A stretch of 37,936 bases of DNA from an uncultured Clostridia bacterium (GTDB taxonomy: Bacteria > Bacillota > Clostridia > TANB77 > CAG-508). A model generated the notes under the pieces. The model made no database searches, was not told the origin of the DNA, and saw only the letters and a list, made by a program, of their open reading frames with translations. The position numbers and the translations under genes were made by a program. This document shows, piece after piece, positions 28,375 through 37,936 of the stretch; position 1 is the stretch's first letter, and each line of letters opens with the position of its first letter. The stretch is taken from NCBI GenBank assembly GCA_944386205.1, contig CALXAE010000003.1, positions 1 through 37,936 of the forward strand, in the 5' to 3' direction.

Positions 28375-29352
28375 ATGCGAAATATAGATTTAAATGTATA
28401 AGCTGAAACAGAAGAAGAAAAAGCAATAGAATCATATTTGACACAATTACATACCAGTAGCGAAGTTAAATCTTTTATAGATAAAATGCAAAATTATGCC
28501 AAAAAACATAATATATTTAAGTATAAAGCAAGAATTAAAGATGTTAAATCAGCAATACGAACATATAGAATTAATCATAAATCCTTATCTGATGTATCAG
28601 ATTATATGGGATTTACATTTATTGTGAATACAGAAGCTGAAGTACAACCTATTGTAGAATACTTACATACACAATTATCTAAAGTAAATGATATTGATTT
28701 CTTAGCAGAGGATTCCGTATACTCACCTTTAACTTGGATGAAATGGGTACCTCCTCTAACATATAACTTATTTGCAAAGGAAGAATTAATACCAAATATA
28801 GAACCTATACCTATCGAAATAAGAATATGTTCAAAAGAAGGCTTTGTTGCAGAACAATCAGCATATTATTCAGTACATAAAAATGATCATACTGGCTTAG
28901 AAATAAAGGTAAAACAAAATTTGAAAGATGTTACACAGCATCTAACTTATAAATTAGCTATTATAGCAAATAGAAATTTATCTGAGAATGAGATGAATCA
29001 AAAAATAAGAGAACTACATCAAATATTAAATTCACAGAGAGCATTTTTATTATCAAATTGGAAGTTAATAAAAGAAGCAATTATAGATTGTGGTATGCTT
29101 ATATATAAAATCCAAAACGATAAATTTATTTCAACTGATGAATCAAATTTGTCTAAAGAAGAGATATTAAAAATTGAGGATGAAATTAAAAAAATCTTTT
29201 GGGATCATTTTGAAAAGGTCAATGAAGAAGATTATTTTTCAATGAATCCTGATGGCACATATAAAGTTGATTTAGGCAAATCATTTTTCGATACTTCTAC
29301 ATTTATGCAATCCATTTCTTACCAAAGTGTAAAATCAAGAGTATTAAATTAA
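28375..29352 (+). pseudogene. Divergent RelA/SpoT synthetase-like (SAS-fold nucleotidyltransferase) with in-frame TAA at codon 9
   Basis: AGGAGG-ATG 28375: MRNIDLNV*AETEEEKAIESYLTQ... in the same frame as the 28438 ORF; motifs ARIKDVKSA, VSDYMGF, PIEIRICS, YYSVHK. Confidence 0.6.
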
Positions 29353-29483
29353 TGATTGATGTATATGAAAACTTTATATATAGCCAAGTTAAAAATTAAT
29401 TTCTTATACAATAAAAAGGAGGACTCCTATATACACTGTTACCTTAAAATAGACAGTAAAAAGTAGGAAACCCTCTTTATTTT

Positions 29484-32400
29484 TTATTGATTCTTTAATT
29501 TCATAGATAACAATTTTGATATACCATTTTCCTCCATGGTAATTCCATAAACCGTATCTGCTGCTTCCATAGTACCTTTTCTATGGGTAATTACTAAGAA
29601 TTGTGTATTTTTAGAAAATTTCTTTAAATATTCTGCATATCTGTATACATTTACATCATCTAATGCTGCTTCTATCTCGTCTAATACACAGAATGGTGCT
29701 GGATTAATTTTTAAAATCGCAAATAACAAAGCAATGGCTGTAAAGGCTTTTTCTCCACCAGATAATAACATCATATTTTGTAATTTCTTTCCTGGCGGTT
29801 GTACAGTTATTTCTATTCCACATTCTAAGATATTGTCTTTATCCTCCAATGTTAAACTTGCATTTCCTCCACCAAATAGTTCTTTAAATACTTCTGCAAA
29901 ATTTTTATTAATTAGTTCAAATTTTTCTTTAAATTGTTCTTTCATAATACTTGTCATGTCTGAAATAATTTTTCTTAATTTTGCCATTGTACTTTCTAAA
30001 TCCACTCTTTGTTCACACATGAAGTCATATCTATCTTTTAAGTTTTTGTATTCTTCTATGGAATCAACATTGACACTTCCTAATTCTCTAATTTCGTTTC
30101 GTAAATCTTTTACTTTTTTCTGTGTCAATTGTACATTATCTGGTTTTCGGTAATCTACAACATTGTTTGGTGTAAGTTCATATTCTTCCCACATTTTATT
30201 AATAATACTATTTATATCTTCTTCCAATTTGGTTTTCTTAACATCTATTTTTACAATCTGGGCTTTTAAATCTTCTATTACCTTAAACTTACTATTGATT
30301 TCTTCTTCTTGTTCTGCCAATTTCTCATTTTTCTGCGTTCTTTTTTCTTTTAACTCTTCAATTTTAGAACCACTATTTTTTACTTCTTCTTTGATTTTTT
30401 CAATCTTGTCTTTGATTTCTTCAATTGATTTTTCCAAATTAAAATTATCTTGTGTGATTTGCTCAATTTGTACTTTTTTATTTTCAATACTTTTATTGGT
30501 ACTATTAATTTCAGAATCAATTCTTTCTTGTAGTTCCTCTATTGAACTTTCGCTTTCATCAAAAGAAGATACAGAAATTTTTAAATTTGTAATATCAAAA
30601 TTCAAGTCATCTACATATTTTTGATTATCTTTATTTAGTTCTGCAAACTCTGTAATAAATTTCTTTAGCTTCTCATTTTCTTCATTAATCGCTTCTATTT
30701 GTTCTTGGAATTCTGTTTTATTTTTAGTGCTTTCCTCTTTTTGCTCATCTAATTTTTTGCTTTCTTCTTTTAATTTATTTAATCTTGTTTCAATTCGTCC
30801 AATATTGTCTTCAATGGCATTTATTTTTTCTTTTCCTGTTGCATAAGTAATTTCAATTTCCTGTAATTCTCTTTCAAAGCTAGAGGCTGTCTCTAAAACA
30901 TTTTGAATAGATGTTTCATAATTCTCTTTTTCTTGTTCTAATTTTTGTATTTGTTCTTCCAACTTTTTAATTTCTTTTTGTAGTTTTTCTATTTCTCTTC
31001 CTCTACCTAAGATATTGACTGTCTTTTTCGCAACAGAACCACCTGTGATAGCCCCTGATGGATTAATCACATCTCCATCTACTGTAATTATTCTAAAGCT
31101 ATATCCATTGTCTTTGGCAACTCTAATGGCTGTATCCATATCTTGTACAATCACAGTTCTTCCTAATAAATTTAGGATAATATTTTCATATTTTTTGCTA
31201 TATTGAATTAAATCTGAAGCAATACCAATAATTCCGTTGTTTTTACCTTTGATTTTTTCAAGTTTCTTCCCTCTTACAGATGTAATTGGCAAGAAAGAAG
31301 CTCTACCTAAGTTATTTTTTCTTAAATGTTCTATTAATCTTTTGGCGTCTTCTTCATTTTCTGTTACAATATTTTGCAAGCTACTACCTAAACACATTTC
31401 AATGGCTGTTTGATATTCTTCTGGAACTTCTATAATATTTGCTAAAATACCATGCATACCTTTTTCTAATTCTTTTGTGGTTTCACAATCTTTTAGCAAC
31501 GTTTTTACACTCTTAATATATCCCTCTTTTTCTTTTTCAGTTTCAATTAAGAATTTTAATTTTGATTCCTTAATTCGTTTTTCTCCTGAAAGCATATTGA
31601 TTTTACTATCGAAATCTTTGATTTTTCTGTCTGCTTCTTCTTTTTCTTTGTTGACATCTTCTAAATCTGTCAAGATTTTATTTCGTTTACTTTCAATTTC
31701 ATAAAATTCCTTGGCAATTTCTTCTTTTTTCATTCTAGTACTATCCAACTCAGAAACATTGCCTGTTATATCATTTTTGATTTGTGTTTGTCTTTTTTGA
31801 TAGTTTTGATAATTAATATCTTGCTCACTAATACTTGTTTGTAACGCATACTTTTTATCTGTATTGTCTTCTACCGTCTTTTTATGTGCCTCTATTTCTA
31901 ACTCTTTACTAGATAGTTTTTTTGTAATTTCTCCTAATTCGTTTTCTTTTTCTTCTAATTCTTTTGCAAATTTTTCTTTATTTTGTTTTAAGTTTTCCTT
32001 CTTTTCTTCTTTTTGCTTTTTCTCCTCTTCTAGTTCTTTTATCCTTGCAGATAACTCTTCAATCTCTTTCTCAAAACGCTCTTTATTTTGTTTATTATTT
32101 TCAATTCTTGTATTAGAAACATTGATATCTGAATTTAACATTTCGATTTCTTTTTTGCTTTCAAATCCTAAATTAGACATTTCTTCGATAGACTCTGTAA
32201 TATTATCAATTTCTGATTTTAATTCTTCTTTTAATGCTTTAATTCTTTCTAATCTGCCTTCTTCATCATTACATTGATTCTTATAGATTTCTTCATCTTT
32301 TACAATATCTTCTAACTCTTTTTTATATTTTTCTATATTGTATAAAAATAATCCAATTTCTATATTTTTTAATTCTTCTCTTAAATTCAAGTACTTTTTA

Positions 32401-33035
32401 GCCTTTTCTGACTGTTCTTTTAATGGTTCTAAATTGGTTTCGATTTCAGCTAATATATCATTAATTCTTAGGAGATTTAATTTTGTATGCTCTAATTTTT
32501 TCTCACTTTCTTCTTTTCTCACTCTATATTTTACAATACCTGCTGCCTCTTCAAAAATATGTCTTCTATCCTCTGACTTATTACTTAAAATCTCATCAAT
32601 TTTTCCTTGGCCAATAATAGAATAGCCATCTTTTCCAATACCTGTGTCCATAAAAAGTTCTAATACATCTTTCAATCTGCATGGTACTTTATTAATATAA
32701 TATCCAGTTTCTCCACTTCTATATATCTTTCTTGTAACCGTAACTTCTGTATATTCAATAGGTAATGTTCCATCTGTATTATCAAACACCAAAGAAGCTT
32801 CTGCAAAACCTAACGATTTTCTATTTTGTGTACCTGCAAAGATGATATCTAACGATTTAGAACCTCTTAGAGATTTCATACTTTGCTCGCCTAATACCCA
32901 TCTAATCGCATCTGATATATTACTTTTTCCAGAACCATTAGGTCCAATAACACTGGTAATCCCTGGCATAAATTCTAATACGGTTTTATCTGCAAATGAC
33001 TTAAATCCTTGTAATTCCAATCTTTTTAAATACAT
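29484..33035 (-). CDS. smc: Chromosome segregation protein SMC
   Basis: MYLKRLELQGFKSFA, GPNGSGKSN, coiled coils, hinge GRASFLP, LSGGEK, LDEIEAALD; ATG 33035 behind GAGGAG. Confidence 0.99.
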   Translation of the reverse strand: MYLKRLELQGFKSFADKTVLEFMPGITSVIGPNGSGKSNISDAIRWVLGEQSMKSLRGSKSLDIIFAGTQNRKSLGFAEASLVFDNTDGTLPIEYTEVTVTRKIYRSGETGYYINKVPCRLKDVLELFMDTGIGKDGYSIIGQGKIDEILSNKSEDRRHIFEEAAGIVKYRVRKEESEKKLEHTKLNLLRINDILAEIETNLEPLKEQSEKAKKYLNLREELKNIEIGLFLYNIEKYKKELEDIVKDEEIYKNQCNDEEGRLERIKALKEELKSEIDNITESIEEMSNLGFESKKEIEMLNSDINVSNTRIENNKQNKERFEKEIEELSARIKELEEEKKQKEEKKENLKQNKEKFAKELEEKENELGEITKKLSSKELEIEAHKKTVEDNTDKKYALQTSISEQDINYQNYQKRQTQIKNDITGNVSELDSTRMKKEEIAKEFYEIESKRNKILTDLEDVNKEKEEADRKIKDFDSKINMLSGEKRIKESKLKFLIETEKEKEGYIKSVKTLLKDCETTKELEKGMHGILANIIEVPEEYQTAIEMCLGSSLQNIVTENEEDAKRLIEHLRKNNLGRASFLPITSVRGKKLEKIKGKNNGIIGIASDLIQYSKKYENIILNLLGRTVIVQDMDTAIRVAKDNGYSFRIITVDGDVINPSGAITGGSVAKKTVNILGRGREIEKLQKEIKKLEEQIQKLEQEKENYETSIQNVLETASSFERELQEIEITYATGKEKINAIEDNIGRIETRLNKLKEESKKLDEQKEESTKNKTEFQEQIEAINEENEKLKKFITEFAELNKDNQKYVDDLNFDITNLKISVSSFDESESSIEELQERIDSEINSTNKSIENKKVQIEQITQDNFNLEKSIEEIKDKIEKIKEEVKNSGSKIEELKEKRTQKNEKLAEQEEEINSKFKVIEDLKAQIVKIDVKKTKLEEDINSIINKMWEEYELTPNNVVDYRKPDNVQLTQKKVKDLRNEIRELGSVNVDSIEEYKNLKDRYDFMCEQRVDLESTMAKLRKIISDMTSIMKEQFKEKFELINKNFAEVFKELFGGGNASLTLEDKDNILECGIEITVQPPGKKLQNMMLLSGGEKAFTAIALLFAILKINPAPFCVLDEIEAALDDVNVYRYAEYLKKFSKNTQFLVITHRKGTMEAADTVYGITMEENGISKLLSMKLKNQ

Positions 33036-33067
33036 GTATATCTCCTCTTTTATTAGATTTGTCAAAT

Positions 33068-33192
33068 GGGATGGAAATGATGATTTGGGGACGGAGCAAA
33101 AATCATCATTGATGAAAATTAATTTATGATATATTTTTAAAAATTATAGAATGATGATTTTTGCTCCGTCCCCAAAATCATCACTCCATCCC
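33068..33192. repeat. REPIN/MITE-like element 3: about 43-bp near-perfect inverted repeat with 39-nt spacer
   Basis: gggatggaaatgatgatttggggacggagcaaaaatcatcatt (33068-33110) versus aatgatgatttttgctccgtccccaaaatcatcactccatccc (33150-33192); core nearly identical to element 2. Confidence 0.9.
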
Positions 33193-33204
33193 TAAAATCG
33201 TCAC

Positions 33205-34131
33205 TTACATATTTTTATCAATATTTGGCAATAATTGTTTCTTTCTTGAAACAACACCTGGTAAAAATGCTCTATTATTTTCTAATTTTACATCAAATGC
33301 TTTTTCTACAGCATCTGTTCTATCTCCTAAAGCTATAATTTCTGAGTTACTGTTTAAGATATCTGTTATTGCTAGTACAAAAAGTTTTAAACCTTTTTTC
33401 TCAATCTCGCTATTGATTGCACTTTCTAAATCTTTTTGTCTTTTTAATACTTCTTCAATATCAACCGTATTTACTTGTGCAATCACAAATTTATTTCCAT
33501 CTTTATCAAGATTTTTAGCGTCTAAATTTACTAATTCTGCTTCTGAGAAATCTCCTAAGTCTGTTCCTGCTTTTAACATATCTAATCCATATTCTTCAAT
33601 ATTGATTTCTGCTATTTTTTCTAATTCTGCTAATGCTTTTTTATCATATTCTGTTGTTGTTGGAGATTTTAATAATAATGTATCTGATATGATAGCGCTT
33701 GCGATTAAGATAGCTTCTTCTTTGCTAATTTCATGTCCTAATCTTTTATATTCTTCAAACAAAATCGTACATGTACATCCATATGGTTTTGCTGTATAGT
33801 ATAAAGGTTCTGATGTTTCAAAATTTGCTACTCTGTGATGGTCTGTTACTGATAAAATTTTCGCTTTTTCAATTCCTTCTACACTTTGATTAAATTCGTT
33901 ATGGTCTACTAAACATACTTCTTGTCCTTCTTCTACTTTATCTATCATTTCTGGTGCTTCTAATTTTAAATAATCTAATACATATTGTGTTTCTTTATTA
34001 ATTTTTCCTAATCTTTTTGCAACTGTGCAGTTCCATCCGTTTTTCTTATCTAATCTTTCGCTTACTAAACTTGCACATATTGAGTCTGTGTCTGGGTTTT
34101 TGTGTCCAAATATAAATACTTCTTTTTCCAT
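33205..34131 (-). CDS. ppaC: Mn-dependent inorganic pyrophosphatase (family II)
   Basis: GHKNPDTDSI, LVDHNE..QS, DHHR, ISDTLL.KSPTTT, GVVSRKKQ. Confidence 0.97.
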   Translation of the reverse strand: MEKEVFIFGHKNPDTDSICASLVSERLDKKNGWNCTVAKRLGKINKETQYVLDYLKLEAPEMIDKVEEGQEVCLVDHNEFNQSVEGIEKAKILSVTDHHRVANFETSEPLYYTAKPYGCTCTILFEEYKRLGHEISKEEAILIASAIISDTLLLKSPTTTEYDKKALAELEKIAEINIEEYGLDMLKAGTDLGDFSEAELVNLDAKNLDKDGNKFVIAQVNTVDIEEVLKRQKDLESAINSEIEKKGLKLFVLAITDILNSNSEIIALGDRTDAVEKAFDVKLENNRAFLPGVVSRKKQLLPNIDKNM

Positions 34132-34302
34132 TTTTCATTTCTCCTTCATTTCGATTTTTTTCTTTATTTCTCACTTATTATATTTTCATTTACGCAATTT
34201 GTCAATTAAAAAAATAGCAAAATATGCTAAAAGGGAAAAGACAAACCTTTTTATATAAGATTTGTCCTTTTTTGATATTAAATCATTTTTGCAGTTTCTT
34301 TC

Positions 34303-35199
34303 TTATTCTGCTTTATTTTCTTCTATATTTCTTAATATATTTTCTAATTCTTCTTTGTTAAATTCATATTTCTTATTACAGAAATGACAAACCAATTCTG
34401 CTTTTCCTTCTTTTTCTATAATATCTTGTAATTCTTCTTTTCCTATTGTAATTAAAGCATCTTGCATATGCTCTTTTGAACAATCACATTTAAACTCTGG
34501 CACAATATCATCTTCTAAAATCTCAACATTTTCATCTCCTGTTATTCTTTTGGCAATTTCTTCTAAGGTCAAATTTTGGTCTAGCATTTTTGACATTGCC
34601 CCTGCTTTAAAGATAGATTGCTCAACTGCCCCTATATCTTCTTCTGTTGCATCTGGCATTGGATTAATCAAATATCCTCCACTTGCTCTAACACCATTTT
34701 TATCTACTAGAACACCTAATGCCACTGCTGAATTCCTTTGCTCTGAATTTACAAAATAGTTTGCAAAGTCTTCTGCTATTTCTCCAGAGACTAATGGTGA
34801 TATACCAATATATGGGTCTTTTAGTCCAATATCTTTTACTACATTAATATATCCCTCATATCCAACAGCACCACCAACATCTAATTTTCCATCTTCGTTT
34901 AATGGTAATTCTACTACTGGATTTGTTGCATAACCTTTTACAATTGGTTTATTATTTGCTGTTGCAACCATAACTCCTATTGGTCCATTTCCTTTTAATT
35001 GAACAGTTAACTTGTCCTTACTTTCTTTCATTTCTGTTGCCATAATGGCTGTAATTGTTAATAATCTACCAAATGCAGCAGTTACGACTGGACTCATATC
35101 ATGTGTTTTTCTTGCCTCTTCTACCATATTTGTTGTATTAGCACATACAACAGATATTCTTCTTTCATGTGCTAAAAATTTAATTATTTTATCTGACAT
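34303..35199 (-). CDS. hslO: Hsp33 redox-regulated chaperone
   Basis: GNGPIG, GKLDVGGAVG, SGEIAEDFANYF..SEQ, CDCS...CHFC. Confidence 0.97.
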   Translation of the reverse strand: MSDKIIKFLAHERRISVVCANTTNMVEEARKTHDMSPVVTAAFGRLLTITAIMATEMKESKDKLTVQLKGNGPIGVMVATANNKPIVKGYATNPVVELPLNEDGKLDVGGAVGYEGYINVVKDIGLKDPYIGISPLVSGEIAEDFANYFVNSEQRNSAVALGVLVDKNGVRASGGYLINPMPDATEEDIGAVEQSIFKAGAMSKMLDQNLTLEEIAKRITGDENVEILEDDIVPEFKCDCSKEHMQDALITIGKEELQDIIEKEGKAELVCHFCNKKYEFNKEELENILRNIEENKAE

Positions 35200-35379
35200 T
35201 ATTGATCTTCCTTTCTCCTATAATATGTATGAAATTCTTAACTAAATCTTACATATTTTAATATATTTTTCATTAAATTTCAAGCAGTTGATTTCTATTC
35301 GTCATTCTTACAATTCCATTTGCTTCATTTCATTTTATATGATATACTGTATAATGAAAACTTTAAGATGGAGGTTATT

Positions 35380-36366
35380 ATGAAATCACCAAAAATTAGT
35401 ATTGTAGTACCTATATACAATGTAGAAAATTTTTTACCTTTTTGTTTAGATAGTATTATAAATCAGACATACAAAAATTTAGAAATTATTTTAGTTGATG
35501 ATGGTTCTACTGATTCTTCCTTAGAAATTTGTAATAAATATGCTTCACATGATAAACGTATTCAAATTATTTCTCAAGAAAATCATGGTCTTTCTTACTC
35601 AAGAAACAGAGGAATAGAAGTTGCTACATCTGACTATATAAGTTTTATTGATGCAGATGATGTTATTGCTCCTGATTTCTGCGAATATTTATTACATTTA
35701 CTAACTTCTAATAATGCTGATATTGCAGAATGTAAATTCATAAAAATTAATGAAACAGATTTACCAAGTTATACTTTCCCAGCTTCTTCTGATTCTACAT
35801 TTTTAGTTTTAAATTCCATAGAAGCTTTAAATCGCATACATAATGACAATTTAGATATATGTGTTAATTCTGTTGTTGTATGGAATAAATTATACAAAAT
35901 AAACCTTTTTAACGATATTCGATACCCTGTAGGAAAGATACATGAAGATGAATATACTACTTATAAATTGTTTCATAAAGCCAAAAAAATCATTTCTTCT
36001 AATAAACAATTATATGGTTATGTACAGCGTAAATCCAGTATTATGAATAAACCTTTTAGTTTAACTCGATTAGATGCACTTGAACCTTATGATAATTATT
36101 TAACTTTTTTTAAAAAATTAGAAGATACTTATCTGTTAAAAAAATGTGAACGAAGATATTTACGATTATTAGTCCTAATCTTAACCGAACTAGAATATTC
36201 TGATTTTAAAAATAAACCTTATGTACGAAATATTTTAAAAGAAAAATTTAATGAAATATATGTACCTGATGAAACAGAAGATTCTACTATAAAACCTGAT
36301 AATATGTTACAAACTAAAACATACTATTACAACAAATTTCAAGAATTATTGAAAGGAAGTGAATAA
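35380..36366 (+). CDS. Glycosyltransferase family 2
   Basis: ISIVVPIYNVE, LVDDGSTD, NHGLSYSRN.G, FIDADD, WNKLY, HEDE; ATG 35380 behind GGAGG. Confidence 0.93.
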   Translation: MKSPKISIVVPIYNVENFLPFCLDSIINQTYKNLEIILVDDGSTDSSLEICNKYASHDKRIQIISQENHGLSYSRNRGIEVATSDYISFIDADDVIAPDFCEYLLHLLTSNNADIAECKFIKINETDLPSYTFPASSDSTFLVLNSIEALNRIHNDNLDICVNSVVVWNKLYKINLFNDIRYPVGKIHEDEYTTYKLFHKAKKIISSNKQLYGYVQRKSSIMNKPFSLTRLDALEPYDNYLTFFKKLEDTYLLKKCERRYLRLLVLILTELEYSDFKNKPYVRNILKEKFNEIYVPDETEDSTIKPDNMLQTKTYYYNKFQELLKGSE

Positions 36367-36368
36367 TA

Positions 36369-36944
36369 ATGAATATTTATTTTGTTAGACATGGTCAAAC
36401 TGATTGGAATATACAAAATCGCTTACAAGGTTCTTCTGATATTCCCTTAAATTCCACTGGAATTGAACAAGCACATATTTTAGCAGATAAATTACACTCT
36501 ACGCATTTTGATTATATTATCTCTTCTCCTCTTAATAGAGCTCTTAATACTGCTAATATTATTAATCAGAATAGGAATATTCCTTTAGCTACTGATTCTT
36601 CTTTGTCAGAAAGAAGTTTCGGTTGTTTGGAAGGTGTAAAAGGAGATGAATATGATAAAAATCTATTTTGGGATTACGCAAAAGATTATCACTATAAAGA
36701 TGTAGAATCTATTCAAGATTTTTTCAAGAGAATTCATACATATTTAGATTCCTTAATAAAAAAATATCCAGAAAAAACACTTTTAATAGTTTCTCATAAT
36801 GGTGTTAATATAGCTACAAACTGTTACTTTAATGGTTTCCCTAATGATATGAATCTCTTAAATATTAAATTAGATAATTGTTCTTTTGAAAAATACGATA
36901 CTTCTAAATTAATTTCTAAAACTGCAAAAAATTTTGAAAGATAA
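36369..36944 (+). CDS. Histidine phosphatase (PGM-like) family protein, paralog of 22686..23210
   Basis: RHGQTDWN, SSPLNRA..TA, ERSFG.LEG, LIVSHNG. Confidence 0.93.
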   Translation: MNIYFVRHGQTDWNIQNRLQGSSDIPLNSTGIEQAHILADKLHSTHFDYIISSPLNRALNTANIINQNRNIPLATDSSLSERSFGCLEGVKGDEYDKNLFWDYAKDYHYKDVESIQDFFKRIHTYLDSLIKKYPEKTLLIVSHNGVNIATNCYFNGFPNDMNLLNIKLDNCSFEKYDTSKLISKTAKNFER

Positions 36945-37011
36945 AATAAATACATTTAAAAAAATAAAAACATAACAATTGCCTTAAAATAAAGCATTAT
37001 CTAGAAATGAG

Positions 37012-37043
37012 AAAAAGCGAGTATATTTATACTTGCTTTTTTT
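37012..37043. terminator. Bidirectional terminator between phosphatase and gpgS-like gene
   Basis: aaaaagcgagtat-attt-atacttgcttttttt. Confidence 0.75.
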
Positions 37044-37054
37044 ATATTTAATAT

Positions 37055-37702
37055 TTAACATTTAATATCTGCTCTTTTTAATATTGCTCTCATTACCTCA
37101 GTAGACATTTTTTCTAATGCTTTCCAACTTTTTGAAACATTTTGTATTTTTCCAATTTTTACTTCTTCTATGGATACATTTAATTTTATCATGTCTAATA
37201 AAATTCCAATATCTACACCATAATCTTTTTCTAATTCTATCTTTTCAAATATAGATTTTTTTCCTGCTATCATTCCACTTAGAGGTTGTGTATATTTTTT
37301 TACATTAGGAAATAATAAATTTAGTAATGGTTTGGCCACTAACTCAGTAACTCTTCCCCCATCTCTATCAAATGTAGCTTTTACGAAATCTACATTTCTT
37401 TCTAGTATTGGTTCTGATAATTTATAAATCACATCATCTGCGTAATCTGAAATATCACCATCTAAAAATACTATGCATTCATTTCGCGCTTCTCTTATTC
37501 CGATTTCCATAGCATATCCTTTTCCCTGTTTATCGCAAAAAATAACTTTTGCTCCAGCTCTCTTGGCTACCTCTTCAGTTTTATCTGTACTCAAATTATT
37601 CACAACTATAATTTCACTAACATTTTTATTCTCTTTACATATATCTATAACTGTTTTTATATTTTTTTCTTCATTATATGCTGGTATAATTACACTTATC
37701 AT
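37055..37702 (-). CDS. Glucosyl-3-phosphoglycerate synthase-like glycosyltransferase
   Basis: IIPAYNEE, GKG.AM, FLDGD, FVKATF.R.GGRVTELVAKPLL, QPLSG, YGVDIGILLD, as in GpgS/MpgS-type enzymes; ATG 37702 behind GAGGG. Confidence 0.8.
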   Translation of the reverse strand: MISVIIPAYNEEKNIKTVIDICKENKNVSEIIVVNNLSTDKTEEVAKRAGAKVIFCDKQGKGYAMEIGIREARNECIVFLDGDISDYADDVIYKLSEPILERNVDFVKATFDRDGGRVTELVAKPLLNLLFPNVKKYTQPLSGMIAGKKSIFEKIELEKDYGVDIGILLDMIKLNVSIEEVKIGKIQNVSKSWKALEKMSTEVMRAILKRADIKC

Positions 37703-37936
37703 AAAATTCCCTCTATTCTCATTTATATTTTTATTTTCTAATAATATTAAGAAGCTTTTATTGTGTACATAATTTGTATACTTAAGTCTTTTTATATATT
37801 TATACATTTTAACCTACTTTTAAATTATATCATTTTGATTAAATAAAGTCAATCTATTGTTTTTTTCAATTTTATATCTCAAAATAACTGTTTTTTTCTC
37901 TTTTTTCTTTCAATATAATTCAATTTTAGATGTAAC

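Noticed and set aside
29734-33799. Multiple Ser/Phe-rich plus-strand ORFs
   Set aside because: Antisense shadows of smc coiled-coil codons and ppaC.

Overview
AT-rich chromosomal segment of a spore-forming Clostridia-class bacterium. The GxTLIAL pilin-like gene suggests a TANB77/CAG-269-like uncultured gut lineage (inference). Most genes are on the minus strand. The core backbone is aspS (partial), mazF/ndoA, a gerS/ydcC-like gene, dusB, rodA, minE, minD, spoIVFB, spoIVFA-like M23, spo0A, yigZ, an HI0933-family flavoprotein, ynbB-like, rpsF-ssb-rpsR, a Ca2+ P-type ATPase, smc, ppaC, hslO and a gpgS-like gene. Accessory genes with a nucleotide/phosphate-chemistry theme are interspersed: a tandem RelA/SpoT-type HD hydrolase (one intact, one degenerate domain), a HipA-like kinase, an HD-GYP protein, and two small operons flanking the ATPase. 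These operons are ATP-grasp-like + His-phosphatase + radical SAM, and ATP-grasp-like + Nudix + divergent alarmone-synthetase-like; the second has 5' lesions in two of its genes. Non-coding structure includes three REPIN-like long inverted repeats sharing a GGGGACG core, two sigmaE-like promoters built into anti-RBS hairpins, a candidate type I toxin-antitoxin locus and a likely S6:S18 leader. No rRNA, tRNA, CRISPR array, integrase or transposase was recognised. All calls come from motif reading by eye, without database searches.
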